IMG/VR virus record: IMGVR_UViG_2706794694_000015
DNA: 44,174 nt
Origin: a virus
Lineage: Duplodnaviria; Heunggongvirae; Uroviricota; Caudoviricetes
Direction: 5' to 3' (one strand)
The notes beneath the pieces were generated by a model. That model was given only the letters and a program-made list of their open reading frames with translations, was not told the origin of the DNA and made no database searches. The stretch's first letter is position 1. Each line of letters starts with the position of its first letter. Of this stretch, positions 1 through 9,795 are shown piece after piece. The position numbers and the translations under genes are program-made.

Positions 1-1236
1 CTACGATAACCGCGCATTCAACATGGCTACCTGTTCGTCGTTCATGTCATCAATCCACATACCGTAAATTTCATACACCATCTGCGCAGTTTCATGCCCC
101 ATCTGGCTGGCTATAAACGCCGGGTTCGCTCCTGCCGTCAACAGCCAGCAGGCAAAAGTATGCCGCGTATGGTACGGATTACGGCGGCGAATACCAGCAC
201 GTTTTACTGCTGCATTCCATCTCGCACCCAAACTGCTTACCGAGTAATAAGGTTTCTGTTTTCCGTTACACACTCTGGGCATGAAAACAAAATGCAGTTT
301 TTGCTTTTCGGTTCTGCCGTACTCCCGATGATAAAAAGTGATTTCGCTTTTGCGATGATGCCCGGTCAGTTTGTATTGCTCCTTCAGTGCTTCAAGAGCA
401 GGCTGCAGTAGTGTTACCGTCCGGATCCCCGCATTTGTTTTTGGGGGACCGAACATATCCAGTATCGTCAGGTTTCTTCTGACATTCACAACTCCCTTCT
501 CGAAATCCACATCCTCCCACGCCAGAGCAGCCAGTTCCCCGTGACGAAGCCCGGAGTATACGGCAAATTTCCACAAGTTCTGGCTCTGTCCTTTTTCACT
601 TTCCATTAATGCATTGAATTCTGTTTTAGATAACGGGTCAGGCTTTATTCTGTTTCTCTGTAATTTCTTTACTCCTTCAAATGGTTTGGTTGATATAAAT
701 CCCGACTGATACGCAAAACGTAACAACGAACAGAGCAGGGCGATATAGTTATCAACTGTGCGCACGGTTCTTCCTTTTTTGTTGGATCTTGGATTATCCA
801 GGTAAAGCGTTTCTCCATGCAGCAGTTCATTCCGGTAGTTTAAGATATCGCTATAACGAATATGCGATATCGGAGTACTCTCACAAATTATTATCCTGAG
901 TGTTTTTAATTGTGATTTCGTTTTCTTCATTGTGTTTGTTGTTAACTCTGTTTCTTTAATTTTTGTCCAGATATCACAAAGCTCCCCGAACGTTTTTATG
1001 ACCCTCGTTGTCACCATTTTTGCCCCAGTGCTGGACTGGGGAAAACGTCTTAAATACTCAAACTCACCGGAATTGATTTCATGAACTATCAACGCTCTTA
1101 AATTCCCGGCTTTTTTAATGTTACTGTTAGTAACCTCCCAGCCTTTCAATGTTTCCCGACATCGTTTTCCTCGAAACATGAACCAGATGCGAATGTATTT
1201 ACCTCGAATCTCGACACCTGTTGGTAATTTAGACAT
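1..1236 (-). CDS. intR: Prophage integrase, tyrosine recombinase (Rac IntR-like), 411 aa
   Basis: Full-length ORF; N-terminus MSKLPTGVEIRGKYIRIWF matches my recollection of Rac IntR; C-terminal HTRHT...YEIYG catalytic His/Arg/Tyr signature; lies next to an excisionase gene. Confidence 0.93.
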   Translation of the reverse strand: MSKLPTGVEIRGKYIRIWFMFRGKRCRETLKGWEVTNSNIKKAGNLRALIVHEINSGEFEYLRRFPQSSTGAKMVTTRVIKTFGELCDIWTKIKETELTTNTMKKTKSQLKTLRIIICESTPISHIRYSDILNYRNELLHGETLYLDNPRSNKKGRTVRTVDNYIALLCSLLRFAYQSGFISTKPFEGVKKLQRNRIKPDPLSKTEFNALMESEKGQSQNLWKFAVYSGLRHGELAALAWEDVDFEKGVVNVRRNLTILDMFGPPKTNAGIRTVTLLQPALEALKEQYKLTGHHRKSEITFYHREYGRTEKQKLHFVFMPRVCNGKQKPYYSVSSLGARWNAAVKRAGIRRRNPYHTRHTFACWLLTAGANPAFIASQMGHETAQMVYEIYGMWIDDMNDEQVAMLNARLS

Positions 1237-1237
1237 A

Positions 1238-1453
1238 TCATGAGTCTTTGATAAACTGATTTATCTTTGGATAGTTATACCAGATAATCCCTCGCTTACT
1301 GTCTGGCTTCCCTAAAGGAGATACTCGTTTGAAGTGGAAGCCTTCCACCCAACAGTTCTGGCGGTATGCTTCAATTTGTCTGGCCCCCAGACCAGTGCGA
1401 AGCATCAGGCCGTATTCAACCATCCACTCTTCATTAAAGATTACTTGTGCCAT
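1238..1453 (-). CDS. xisR: Excisionase-like protein (YdaQ/XisR), about 71 aa from internal ATG ([10 protein letters not shown]...)
   Basis: Small ORF immediately upstream of int on the same strand; sequence matches my recollection of Rac YdaQ; track ORF 1238..1477 has an N-terminal extension. Confidence 0.8.
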   Translation of the reverse strand: MAQVIFNEEWMVEYGLMLRTGLGARQIEAYRQNCWVEGFHFKRVSPLGKPDSKRGIIWYNYPKINQFIKDS

Positions 1454-1552
1454 CGCATCACCTCTGGCAGGCGCCAATGTTAGACTTAAATTGACGCCCG
1501 ATGTTGATTATTAATAATCAGCTATGAAGTTTTAATTTGAATACAATGCAAT

Positions 1553-1741
1553 TCACGAGGACTGAAGTTTCTCGCAATTAAAATTTATCAGTTTTACTTT
1601 CTGCTCTCTGGAAACGCCTGCTTCTTTTTTACCTGAGAGCATTTTTTCGCATTCTGATTTCGTTAGTTTAGATTTTGAATATCTTGTCCAGTTAGTAGGA
1701 GTGCCACCTTCCTTTTCAATAGTGGCGGTAATTTTATACAT
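1553..1741 (-). CDS. ydaC: YdaC-like small protein (DUF1187), 62 aa from MYKITATIEKEGG...
   Basis: Track ORF 1553..1813; internal start MYKITAT matches recalled Rac YdaC; its 5' end overlaps the ralR 3' end. Confidence 0.8.
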   Translation of the reverse strand: MYKITATIEKEGGTPTNWTRYSKSKLTKSECEKMLSGKKEAGVSREQKVKLINFNCEKLQSS

Positions 1742-1928
1742 GAACACCTCCATTATTATTTCCAGTGGTTCGTTTATTTCATCGTTCGAGTGCTTCTTTT
1801 TCACTTCCACCATAACCGGTTCGGGATTCGCATCCGTTACACTTCGCTCGGTAATATCCTGAAATGGCTTTCACCGTTACTGATGGACAACCACAAAATG
1901 GACATGGTTTAACATTGTCATATCTCAT
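1734..1928 (-). pseudogene. ralR: ralR (restriction-alleviation protein / type I toxin RalR) with in-frame TGA at codon 50; truncated product would be 49 aa
   Basis: Hand translation from ATG 1926..1928: MRYDNVKPCPFCGCPSVTVKAISGYYRAKCNGCESRTGYGGSEKEALER-stop-NKRTTGNNNGGVHV-TAA; the frame through the TGA gives exactly 64 codons, the recalled length of K-12 RalR; not in the ORF track (below 60 aa). Confidence 0.65.
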
Positions 1929-1983
1929 AATTTTTCTCATAAAAATATTTCAAGTTGGCGGTGCATTACACCGCCAGGCTGAA

Positions 1984-2793
1984 TTATTCCTCTGAATTAT
2001 CGATTACACTGTATTCCCCGGTTAATACAGAGGAATCTGCAGGATCGATTGTCAGTGGTTCCTTTTCATCCATTGATACTGCACGCTGGATCTCAATTGA
2101 TACGGGCAGATATTTGAACAGGCGACGAATAGCCGTTTTCTTTGCCATTTCTTCCCAGTGAGTTACCCACGGCCCGTTATTACCAGCTTTACTCTGGCTG
2201 CGCACCAGCTCAATCTGTTTGCGCGTCATAACTTCAAACTGAGTACCTCCGTCTTTCAGTCTTGCGACAGCATAGACGTGGGTAACAGGGGCATCTTCGT
2301 TTTCTCCTGGGCGGTGTATTAACTTTTCATCAAGGCCAAATTCGAAATTAAACTCGTCACCTTCACGGACAACACGGGCTGACAGGCTGGCGATTTGACC
2401 TGAACGGCGAGCCAGATCAATCATGCCGCGATAGCCAATGATTAGCTGAACGTTTTTTTTACCGCTCTTTTCGTTTTTATTACCAAAAGGCAGTAAATAT
2501 GCATGACCGAGGGCGCTACCGGGCTCAAGTCCGAGCTGTGAACACTGTACGATTGCACTGACAAAACTCATAGTGTCACAGTTTCCTAACGCCGGAACTT
2601 TACGAATTTCTGTGGTGGCGATACGGATCATACGTTCAGCCGTCATATGGCGTGGAAGAGCTGCTGCCAGTTGCTCTTTCATTGATGGCTGGTTAATAAA
2701 ACTAATCACGTCGTTATTTTTAATTGCTGCTGGTGCACGGTTTCCCTGAGTTTTTTGCAGATCGGCTTTTGCGATTGGTGGTTGCTTAGTCAT
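1984..2793 (-). CDS. recT: RecT recombinase (single-strand annealing protein), 269 aa from MTKQPPIAK...
   Basis: Track ORF 1984..2850; internal start yields a 269-aa protein matching Rac RecT; overlaps recE stop. Confidence 0.93.
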   Translation of the reverse strand: MTKQPPIAKADLQKTQGNRAPAAIKNNDVISFINQPSMKEQLAAALPRHMTAERMIRIATTEIRKVPALGNCDTMSFVSAIVQCSQLGLEPGSALGHAYLLPFGNKNEKSGKKNVQLIIGYRGMIDLARRSGQIASLSARVVREGDEFNFEFGLDEKLIHRPGENEDAPVTHVYAVARLKDGGTQFEVMTRKQIELVRSQSKAGNNGPWVTHWEEMAKKTAIRRLFKYLPVSIEIQRAVSMDEKEPLTIDPADSSVLTGEYSVIDNSEE

Positions 2794-5386
2794 TTGCATA
2801 TTCCTTAGCCCAGCGGGGCAGTGATAACGTCTTAATAGCTGGCCATTCATCGGTATTGAGGCAGTCAGCCAGGGTTCGCAGATTGCGGTGATATTCCAGC
2901 TGACCTGCCAGTTTTGCTTCTTCGCCCATCATGAAAATTTCAACCGGATAACGTCCGCATTCAATAGTTGTGCTGGCAACCAGAAAAACGAAAGTTGGCT
3001 GCACTCCAAACTGTGCTTCATAACCGTCACTGTAGAATGCATCCTGAACGTGATAGCGGTAGTCGTAATAAGCGGTTTTGAATCGTTGAATATCCGCCGT
3101 AGTTTTCACGTCCATGATCCAGTGAAATTCAGGGATAATTTTGTCCGGACGGCACCGACACAAAATTGCTGTTTCAGGATCTTCCCAGTAAATTGATGAT
3201 TCAGCGTGTCCGGCGCTTTCAACAAGCCATTGCCCCAGCGGCAAAGCCATAACGCTCTGATACATGAGTTCAATTTTCCGGCCTTCTTCGGCAGTGATAA
3301 CCGTTTTTCCTGTGCTTGCGCATTCCCTCAGAAACGCTTTCTCTTCTTCTTTTCCGGAGTTTGTCCGGCGGTTAAATTCAGGTGCTACGATAAAGCGGTT
3401 ACTGAATTCTTCCGGCTCAAGTACCCGGCAGTGGAAAGCGGTTCCTAAATCGAGCGTTTTTGTCTTTGTGGTGTCCACGGGGGCATTTTTACGCCACAAA
3501 TACAGTGCCGGAGTATCAGCAATGTCATCGAGCTGAGACTTACTGACACCGGGACCCGCGTGGTAATTCTCATTCGAAATTCCGTAATAAATACCTGGCT
3601 CTATGTCTTCTACGATTACGGGATCTGCGACTTCGCCAGTTTCATCACTGCAATCGCGATGCGGATCGCTGCCAGCATTCTCATTGTGCGGATGTTCAGC
3701 GCCTTCCATTTCCTCCGGATCATTTTCCTTAGCTTCAACCTGACTCTCTTCATCGAATGTTTCCTGGTATGTTGCGTCGCCCATCACCGCACCACAGTCA
3801 GGGCAGTTATCCCCGCCAGTCTGGCCGCAGGCATTGCAGGCTATTTCCGGTTCCTGTTGCACTACTGGCTCAGGTTGATTCATATCCGGGCTGGTTTTTT
3901 CCGTTTCTGGCTGGTTCTGGTACACACAATCGCGAGTCTGGATCCCCTTTACCCATTTCGGATCGTTCGGGTCGCTAATTCCGTCAACAAATTCACCACG
4001 TGATGCAGCAAGCAATTTATCGGCATCGACAGGATTTTTTGATGGAATGTTTTTCCGGGCTTCATGGAGTTCTGCCCGCAGTTCCTGATATTTCGCATCA
4101 ACAGAATTTACCTGTGACTGAGCATCCAGCGGCTGCGTGTCCTGATGATGTTCAGTTGCGTCCGGTTCCATTGTTTCAGCCTCTCCCTGTTCAACTGCCG
4201 TTGTTCCAGATGGTTGCGGTTTTTCTTCATCATCCTGTTTTCCTTCTTCTGTTACTCGCTGCGGCATCGGGGCAGAGGAGCGACCGCAGGCAATATCCAC
4301 GATTTCCGGATCAGGGTTGGCATGATCGGTTTCAGTCAGTACTTTGTTCAGATATTCAGTGACGTGCGCGGGGATGACCTCGATCCCAATTGGTGCTTCT
4401 TTTACGGACGCAACCACGATGGCGCGGGAATAATCCAGCCCGCCAGGCATGGTGATGAATTTGTCGCGGAAAACAGAAAAGGGCGGTTTATTTTCAGCGA
4501 TAATTTCCTCAATGCGTTTAGCGTGTGCCGGATGAAGGTTATAGATGTCCAGATCCATTGAACGGGCCAGTACGCCAGTGGCTACGTCCCGCGCCAGTGA
4601 CGTCAGATCGTGTACGAAACCTTCGCCGCGATCGGTGAGGTTTCCGCCGCCAGCATTAGCACCGGAAGCCGTGCGAGTGATGTGTGAAACACGATTACCC
4701 TTCATCCACTCTTTTGTCAGCAGTCCTCGATCGGTGTAGTCAGCGTTCAGGTATGCTTCGAAAAAAGCAGTTATCAGTCCCAGGTTTGAATTACCAGGAT
4801 TAGGGAAAACTTTGTCAGTGTCACGAACCAGTTTGTGGAGTTCGCGAATTTCCAGCGGGTCGAGCAGGCTGGTTTTGTGGGAAACAGCCAGGGCAGTAAC
4901 AGCCGGTAGTTCTTCAGCCCGAGCAATGTGTAATGCCTGGAGTCCGTCGCGTGAAACGTGCGTTACCGGTTTTTCGCTGCCGTGTTGAGCAAGCCAACGA
5001 ATGGGCAGTTCCTGGCCAGAAATTGGGAGTAGCATATTCTCCTCAATCTCAGGCATGTCTTCGCCGTTGACGTTGGTATTGCCTTGATAGTGAGCGTTGT
5101 CTGGTGCTGCTCCCGGTTTTAGTTCCCATGTCATGGAGTCTTTGCTGAGTTGATAGCGTTCACTCCAGGTAAAATCGATCTCACCTTCAGCGGGCAGGTC
5201 ATTAACGACAGGAAAATTCGTGGCAACAGCTTTAAAATAGCTGCTCAGTTTTTTACCTGACTTAACGATCAGGTAGTCCAGAGTGGCACAGGTCGATTCA
5301 AAATCGTTGCTTGCCCACAGGACGACGTCAGGTTCACCGGATGATTTTTTCGCTTTCCGTAACAGGAAGAGTGGTTTTGTGCTCAT
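2786..5386 (-). CDS. recE: RecE exonuclease VIII, 866 aa
   Basis: 866-aa ORF; N-terminus [29 protein letters not shown] matches recalled Rac RecE; synteny racC-recE-recT. Confidence 0.93.
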   Translation of the reverse strand: MSTKPLFLLRKAKKSSGEPDVVLWASNDFESTCATLDYLIVKSGKKLSSYFKAVATNFPVVNDLPAEGEIDFTWSERYQLSKDSMTWELKPGAAPDNAHYQGNTNVNGEDMPEIEENMLLPISGQELPIRWLAQHGSEKPVTHVSRDGLQALHIARAEELPAVTALAVSHKTSLLDPLEIRELHKLVRDTDKVFPNPGNSNLGLITAFFEAYLNADYTDRGLLTKEWMKGNRVSHITRTASGANAGGGNLTDRGEGFVHDLTSLARDVATGVLARSMDLDIYNLHPAHAKRIEEIIAENKPPFSVFRDKFITMPGGLDYSRAIVVASVKEAPIGIEVIPAHVTEYLNKVLTETDHANPDPEIVDIACGRSSAPMPQRVTEEGKQDDEEKPQPSGTTAVEQGEAETMEPDATEHHQDTQPLDAQSQVNSVDAKYQELRAELHEARKNIPSKNPVDADKLLAASRGEFVDGISDPNDPKWVKGIQTRDCVYQNQPETEKTSPDMNQPEPVVQQEPEIACNACGQTGGDNCPDCGAVMGDATYQETFDEESQVEAKENDPEEMEGAEHPHNENAGSDPHRDCSDETGEVADPVIVEDIEPGIYYGISNENYHAGPGVSKSQLDDIADTPALYLWRKNAPVDTTKTKTLDLGTAFHCRVLEPEEFSNRFIVAPEFNRRTNSGKEEEKAFLRECASTGKTVITAEEGRKIELMYQSVMALPLGQWLVESAGHAESSIYWEDPETAILCRCRPDKIIPEFHWIMDVKTTADIQRFKTAYYDYRYHVQDAFYSDGYEAQFGVQPTFVFLVASTTIECGRYPVEIFMMGEEAKLAGQLEYHRNLRTLADCLNTDEWPAIKTLSLPRWAKEYAND

Positions 5387-5487
5387 TGTTTTTTAACCTC
5401 AACTCAGATTAAAATTCGTTTTGTTCAGTGAATGATCTTGCCGGATACACACTGTTCATAGCCTGCGCCATACGCAGGCTATTTCTT

Positions 5488-5763
5488 TCAGATTTCACCT
5501 TTTAATTTCATTGCAATTAGAGTTGCCAGAAATTCGGCTTTTTTTTCTGCGGGCAGATTCTTTCCGATATGCACCAGGCACATTTTTTTGACACCTTCAT
5601 CAAGTGTTTTTACGTTGCCTGATGGACCATCGATATCAACCACAGTGAATGGGGTTTCTTTATTTTCTGTTTTAATTACGTAGCCAATGCGCTTTCCTTC
5701 CAGATTCACCTCGTGAACAATGTCATCGGTAGTTACAACAGTGGCTTCATAATTGGTAATCAT
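5488..5763 (-). CDS. racC: RacC, 91 aa from MITNYEATVV...
   Basis: Track ORF 5488..5811; internal start gives recalled RacC sequence and length. Confidence 0.85.
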   Translation of the reverse strand: MITNYEATVVTTDDIVHEVNLEGKRIGYVIKTENKETPFTVVDIDGPSGNVKTLDEGVKKMCLVHIGKNLPAEKKAEFLATLIAMKLKGEI

Positions 5764-5837
5764 GTTTTTCTCCTTAATTAAGGTTGAGCGAATACCTGCC
5801 ATTTCTGGCATAAATTCAGTTTCGAATAGTCAATTAA

Positions 5838-6008
5838 TTAAAGTTCATGTGCCATCTGGTCTTTTTCGGCACAAGCTTCACTGCAATATTTTCTCGGTTC
5901 GTCTTTTGATAAAATCCCGTGCATGAAGTGAAGCATTCTTTCAATAGCTTTGCTTTCTTCAACGTCTTTTTTGCAAAGGTGGTAAGCACATTTTATTTTC
6001 TTAGTCAT
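5838..6008 (-). CDS. ydaE: YdaE-like small Cys-rich protein, about 56 aa ([14 protein letters not shown]...MAHEL)
   Basis: Hand translation of minus strand; ATG overlaps the kilR stop (ATGA); not in track because under 60 aa. Confidence 0.7.
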   Translation of the reverse strand: MTKKIKCAYHLCKKDVEESKAIERMLHFMHGILSKDEPRKYCSEACAEKDQMAHEL

Positions 6009-6229
6009 CACCATGACTCCGCCTTTACAGGTAAACCATCACGACCGAGGAAGACTTTAATCATGCGGTCAGTAATGCATGTTTTTGTGGTCAGGTTACG
6101 AATATATAGTTTTCGCTTTTTAATATTGTTTGCCGAGGCAATATATGTCCGGCCTTCATGAAGAACATAATCGCCAGGAGTCACACACTGACGTGGTATT
6201 TCATCAGTTCCGAAGTGATGTGCAATCAT
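6008..6229 (-). CDS. kilR: KilR (Rac killing protein, FtsZ inhibitor), 73 aa from [12 protein letters not shown]...
   Basis: Track ORF 6008..6241; sequence matches recalled KilR. Confidence 0.88.
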   Translation of the reverse strand: MIAHHFGTDEIPRQCVTPGDYVLHEGRTYIASANNIKKRKLYIRNLTTKTCITDRMIKVFLGRDGLPVKAESW

Positions 6230-6670
6230 AATTATCTCCATTTTTACAAATGAACTTTGTTGATGCGGTGCCTGGTGCCTCCAGGTGACTGCAACCAGTT
6301 AACAATTACAGTCGGCTTTCCCACCCAAACCAATAAGGACTAACATGACTTTTAACTGTGCCACGTGCGCTTAGCCGCATTCACCGCATCACAAAATTCA
6401 CTTTAAAAAGGGCGGACATCAGCCGAACTTCAAGAAAAAAACTGATGCCGCCAGGACTACACACAGCAATGTCGTTATTTACAACCGGAGGCGCACTCCC
6501 ACCATTTAAATTTAACAGACAAGACCGACTCTTTATGGATATCGGAAATGCGCCTTCGTGTTGTGCCCGGTTTTATTTCACCACCTCCGGGCTTCGGTGG
6601 TCTCGGCTATACCCCTACAGCGAGAGCTTGTGTTAACATTTCAATACCCTTACAGTTGAGAGTTATTGAT

Positions 6671-7159
6671 ATGTTGGATGTATTTACTCCATTGTTGAAA
6701 CTTTTTGCTAACGAGCCACTCGAAATACTTATGTATACGATTATCATTTTTGGTCTCACTCTCTGGCTGATACCGAAAGAGTTTACTGTCGCATTCAATG
6801 CTTATACTGAAATACCTTGGCTCTTTCAGATTATCGTTTTTGCCTTTTCTTTCGTGGTCGCCATTTCCTTCTCAAGATTGCGAGCACATATTCAAAAGCA
6901 TTATTCATTACTACCAGAGCAACGAGTATTGCTTCGTTTATCTGAGAAAGAAATCGCTGTATTTAAAGATTTCCTTAAAACAGGAAATCTTATTATCACT
7001 TCTCCTTGCCGTAACCCGGTTATGAAAAAATTAGAACGGAAGGGCATCATTCAACATCAGAGTGATAGCGCAAACTGTTCTTATTATCTCGTCACCGAAA
7101 AATACTCCCATTTTATGAAGTTATTCTGGAACAGCAGGAGTAGACGTTTTAATCGTTAG
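6671..7159 (+). CDS. sieB: SieB superinfection exclusion protein, 162 aa from MLDVFTPLLKLF...
   Basis: Track ORF 6548..7159; internal ATG at 6671 gives recalled SieB; hydrophobic N-terminal half. Confidence 0.88.
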   Translation: MLDVFTPLLKLFANEPLEILMYTIIIFGLTLWLIPKEFTVAFNAYTEIPWLFQIIVFAFSFVVAISFSRLRAHIQKHYSLLPEQRVLLRLSEKEIAVFKDFLKTGNLIITSPCRNPVMKKLERKGIIQHQSDSANCSYYLVTEKYSHFMKLFWNSRSRRFNR

Positions 7160-7311
7160 CTTACTGTGTGCTTCTCCAACCATCGGCGCGCACCAGTTTC
7201 GGTTTTAAATGTTTTGCTTTTGGTATACGTCATGGCAGTGAACGTTCCATCCTGGTTGGGGAACACGCCGCACACCAGGGATTCGTTGTTGCCGAGGTCG
7301 ATTTTTTGCAT
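7156..7311 (-). CDS. ydaF: YdaF-like small protein, 51 aa (MQKIDLGNNESLVCGVFPNQDGTFTAMTYTKSKTFKTETGARRWLEKHTVS)
   Basis: Hand translation; convergent with and overlapping the sieB stop; not in track (under 60 aa). Confidence 0.7.
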   Translation of the reverse strand: MQKIDLGNNESLVCGVFPNQDGTFTAMTYTKSKTFKTETGARRWLEKHTVS

Positions 7312-7321
7312 TTTGCGAATC

Positions 7322-7456
7322 TCACATCTTGTTGCTGTGTATAGCGACTTCTGCCTGCCAGAGATCCCAGTCGTTGCTGCGTAAAGCCTGCACAGCCTGG
7401 TTGTAAGTGATACCGCAACAATCCATCAAATACTGAACTACTTCGTAATGCACCAT
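7322..7456 (-). CDS. ydaG: YdaG-like small protein, 44 aa (MVHYEVVQYLMDCCGITYNQAVQALRSNDWDLWQAEVAIHSNKM)
   Basis: Within track ORF 7322..7504; internal start matches recalled YdaG. Confidence 0.7.
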   Translation of the reverse strand: MVHYEVVQYLMDCCGITYNQAVQALRSNDWDLWQAEVAIHSNKM

Positions 7457-7624
7457 CTTATCTCTCCCCTTAACGCCGGGTGGCGGAACTGAAACCTGCT
7501 GCACTGCAAAATCTGAACCCTGCCGTCATGTTCATACGCCTCGGGCTGGCTACTTAACCCCTGACCACTGCCTGGTAACTCGAAGTATTGCCCTGCGTTC
7601 TGTGGGGCGGGGTGGGTTGGTAGG

Positions 7625-7672
7625 TATATAATGTACTTTGTGTTCATTGATGTAAAGTACTATAAGTACATT
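7625..7672. promoter_or_regulatory. Operator-like nested inverted repeats built on ATGTACT/AGTACAT half-sites with an adjacent TATATA element, downstream of racR and upstream of the leftward ydaG-kilR-recET genes
   Basis: ATGTACTT (7631..7638) is the reverse complement of AAGTACAT (7664..7671); GTACTTT (7633..7639) pairs with AAAGTAC (7654..7660). Confidence 0.4.
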
Positions 7673-7746
7673 TTGTGTGTAAAAAAATGAGATGGGATAA
7701 AGTGAAGCACAAACCCGGAGGGGGACGCTACCGGATTTATGCTGGT

Positions 7747-8184
7747 TTAAGAGGCTTTTTGTTTTTTCTTTCGTGCTAGCTCTTCGTAAATTGCATTGTA
7801 CTTCTGTTTTTTCTCCTCAAGAGTTTTTAAAAGTTCATCTGTCTCACTGTCAGGGAGCTCGTCCAGAAGGTCAATGATGATTTTTTGTCTTGGATTTAAC
7901 TCCTGATAGAAACGTACCTGTCCACTTTCTTCTGTATCCTCTCCCAAAAGATAGGTTGGTGTTGTTCCAATGAGTGTTGCTAATTCCCTTAATTTCTCTC
8001 GGCGAGGAATTGTTTCGCCATTAAACCATTTGCTAACCGCTTTTGGTGTTAATTTCATTCGACGGGCAATTTCTGCCTGCCTTCCATGTTGTTCATAACC
8101 AGCGTTTTCACAGGCTAGCGCAAGCCTACTGGCGAACTCTTTACGCGCTTTATCTTCATGAACCATAAGTTCAATGATATTCAC
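7747..8184 (-). CDS. racR: Prophage repressor RacR-like (XRE/cI-type HTH), up to 145 aa; start uncertain (GTG at 8184 or downstream ATG)
   Basis: HTH segment GRQAEIARRMKLTPKAVSKWFNGETIP; divergent from the ydaS/ydaT pair as in Rac. Confidence 0.8.
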   Translation of the reverse strand: MNIIELMVHEDKARKEFASRLALACENAGYEQHGRQAEIARRMKLTPKAVSKWFNGETIPRREKLRELATLIGTTPTYLLGEDTEESGQVRFYQELNPRQKIIIDLLDELPDSETDELLKTLEEKKQKYNAIYEELARKKKQKAS

Positions 8185-8245
8185 TCTTGAATGTACTGTC
8201 AGTTCTGTTATAGCATGTACTCAAAGTTCACATTGTGAGGGTGAT
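8185..8245. promoter_or_regulatory. racR / ydaS divergent switch region with two direct ATGTACT copies
   Basis: ATGTACT at 8191..8197 and 8215..8221 in the 61-bp gap between divergent repressor-like genes; same heptamer as the repeats at 7631..7671. Confidence 0.4.
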
Positions 8246-8500
8246 ATGAACCAGAAAACACTTGAAGATGTAATCAAAACTGTTCGCGTTTCTGTTGTGG
8301 CCGACGTTTGTGGTGTCAGCCAAAGAGCAATCTACAAATGGATGGATAACGGAAAATTGCCTCGCACAGAATATACCGGCGAAACAAATTACGCTGAAAA
8401 AATCGCTCATGCATCAAACGGATTATTTTCTGCTGATGTAATTTTAACTATTGGCAGAAATAAAACTACTACGAAAAAGCTGATGGGAGTTGATTCATGA
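8246..8500 (+). CDS. ydaS: YdaS-like Cro/HTH protein, 84 aa from MNQKTLEDVIKTV...
   Basis: Track ORF 8174..8500; ATG at 8246; divergent from racR; overlaps ydaT start. Confidence 0.8.
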   Translation: MNQKTLEDVIKTVRVSVVADVCGVSQRAIYKWMDNGKLPRTEYTGETNYAEKIAHASNGLFSADVILTIGRNKTTTKKLMGVDS

Positions 8501-8919
8501 AAATCAAGCATGAGCACATCGAGTCAGTGTTGTTAGCCCTGGCAGCCGAAAAAGGGCAGGCATGGGTAGCCAATGCCATTACTGAAGAATATCTGCGCCA
8601 GGGGGGCGGCGAATTGCCCCTGGTACCAGGCAAGGACTGGAATAATCAGCAGAATATCTATCACCGTTGGTTGAAAGGTGAAACGAAAACGCAAAGAGAA
8701 AAAATTCAGAAGCTGATCCCAGCAATTCTGGCAATCCTTCCGCGCGAGCTGCGTCACCGACTCTGCATCTTCGATACCCTGGAACGCCGTGCATTACTGG
8801 CGGCGCAGGAAGCGTTAAGTACGGCAATTGATGCGCATGATGATGCAGTCCAAGCCGTTTACCGGAAAGCGCATTTCAGCGGCGGCGGGTCTTCCGACGA
8901 TTCTGTCATTGTTCATTAA
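8497..8919 (+). CDS. ydaT: YdaT-like protein, 140 aa
   Basis: 140-aa ORF (MKIKHEHIESVLLALAAEKGQAW...) in Rac synteny after ydaS. Confidence 0.85.
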   Translation: MKIKHEHIESVLLALAAEKGQAWVANAITEEYLRQGGGELPLVPGKDWNNQQNIYHRWLKGETKTQREKIQKLIPAILAILPRELRHRLCIFDTLERRALLAAQEALSTAIDAHDDAVQAVYRKAHFSGGGSSDDSVIVH

Positions 8920-8931
8920 GCAAAAGTTTCC

Positions 8932-9789
8932 ATGCTGTTTGTGCTTATTCTAAGCCACCGGGCAGCATCATACGGGGCAATTATGGCCGCATTACCATAC
9001 ATGCAACTGTACATAGCTGATTACCTGGCTGACACCATGCATTTGTCAGCAGAGGAGCATGGTGCGTATTTGTTGCTGATGTTCAATTACTGGCAAACAG
9101 GAAAGCCAATACCTAAAAACAGGCTGGCAAAAATTGCCCGTCTGACTAACGAGCGATGGGCTGATGTTGAACCATCCTTGCAGGAGTTTTTTTGCGATAA
9201 CGGCGAGGAATGGGTGCATCTTCGGATTGAGGAAGATCTGGCATCAGTCAGGGAAAAATTAACCAAAAAATCAGCCGCAGGAAAAGCATCTGTTCAGGCC
9301 AGAAGAAGCAGAAAGGAAGCAGATGTTCAAACAAAACAAGAGAGAAATTTAACAGGTGTTCAAACAGATGTTGAAGTGGTGTTTGAACATGATGTCAACA
9401 CAAAGGCAACTAATAAAGATACAGATAAAGATCTAAAAACAGATCCCCCCCTAAATCCCCCCCGGGGGAATCGAGGTGTCAAAAAGTTTGACCCTCTGGA
9501 TATTGCTTTGCCGAACTGGATTTCTGTCTCGCTTTGGCGTGAGTGGGTTGAATTTCGCCAGGCATTGCGAAAACCGATTCGAACGGAGCAGGGCGCTAAC
9601 GGGGCGATACGGGAGCTGGAAAAATTCCGCCAGCAGGGTTTTTCACCTGAGCAGGTGATTCGACACAGCATCGCCAATGAATACCAGGGCTTGTTCGCGC
9701 CGAAAGGTGTTCGACCTGAGACGTTACTCCGACAGGTTAACACCGTCTCGTTACCGGATAGTGCGATCCCGCCAGGCTTCAGGGGGTAA
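8932..9789 (+). CDS. ydaU: YdaU-like replication-module protein (DUF1376-type), 285 aa
   Basis: 285-aa ORF matching recalled K-12 YdaU length; precedes the DnaC-like gene. Confidence 0.85.
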   Translation: MLFVLILSHRAASYGAIMAALPYMQLYIADYLADTMHLSAEEHGAYLLLMFNYWQTGKPIPKNRLAKIARLTNERWADVEPSLQEFFCDNGEEWVHLRIEEDLASVREKLTKKSAAGKASVQARRSRKEADVQTKQERNLTGVQTDVEVVFEHDVNTKATNKDTDKDLKTDPPLNPPRGNRGVKKFDPLDIALPNWISVSLWREWVEFRQALRKPIRTEQGANGAIRELEKFRQQGFSPEQVIRHSIANEYQGLFAPKGVRPETLLRQVNTVSLPDSAIPPGFRG

Positions 9790-9795
9790 CTGACC

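Noticed and set aside
3206-4739. Several 60-150-aa plus-strand ORFs inside recE
   Set aside because: Antisense to a well-supported 866-aa gene; no independent support.
6358-6636. 92-aa plus-strand ORF in the kilR-sieB intergenic region
   Set aside because: Lies in the divergent promoter region; low-complexity product; overlaps the real sieB start region in another frame.
7438-7647. 69-aa minus-strand ORF that could be an N-like antiterminator
   Set aside because: Overlaps the ydaG start and the operator-like repeats; not arginine-rich; no RBS seen.
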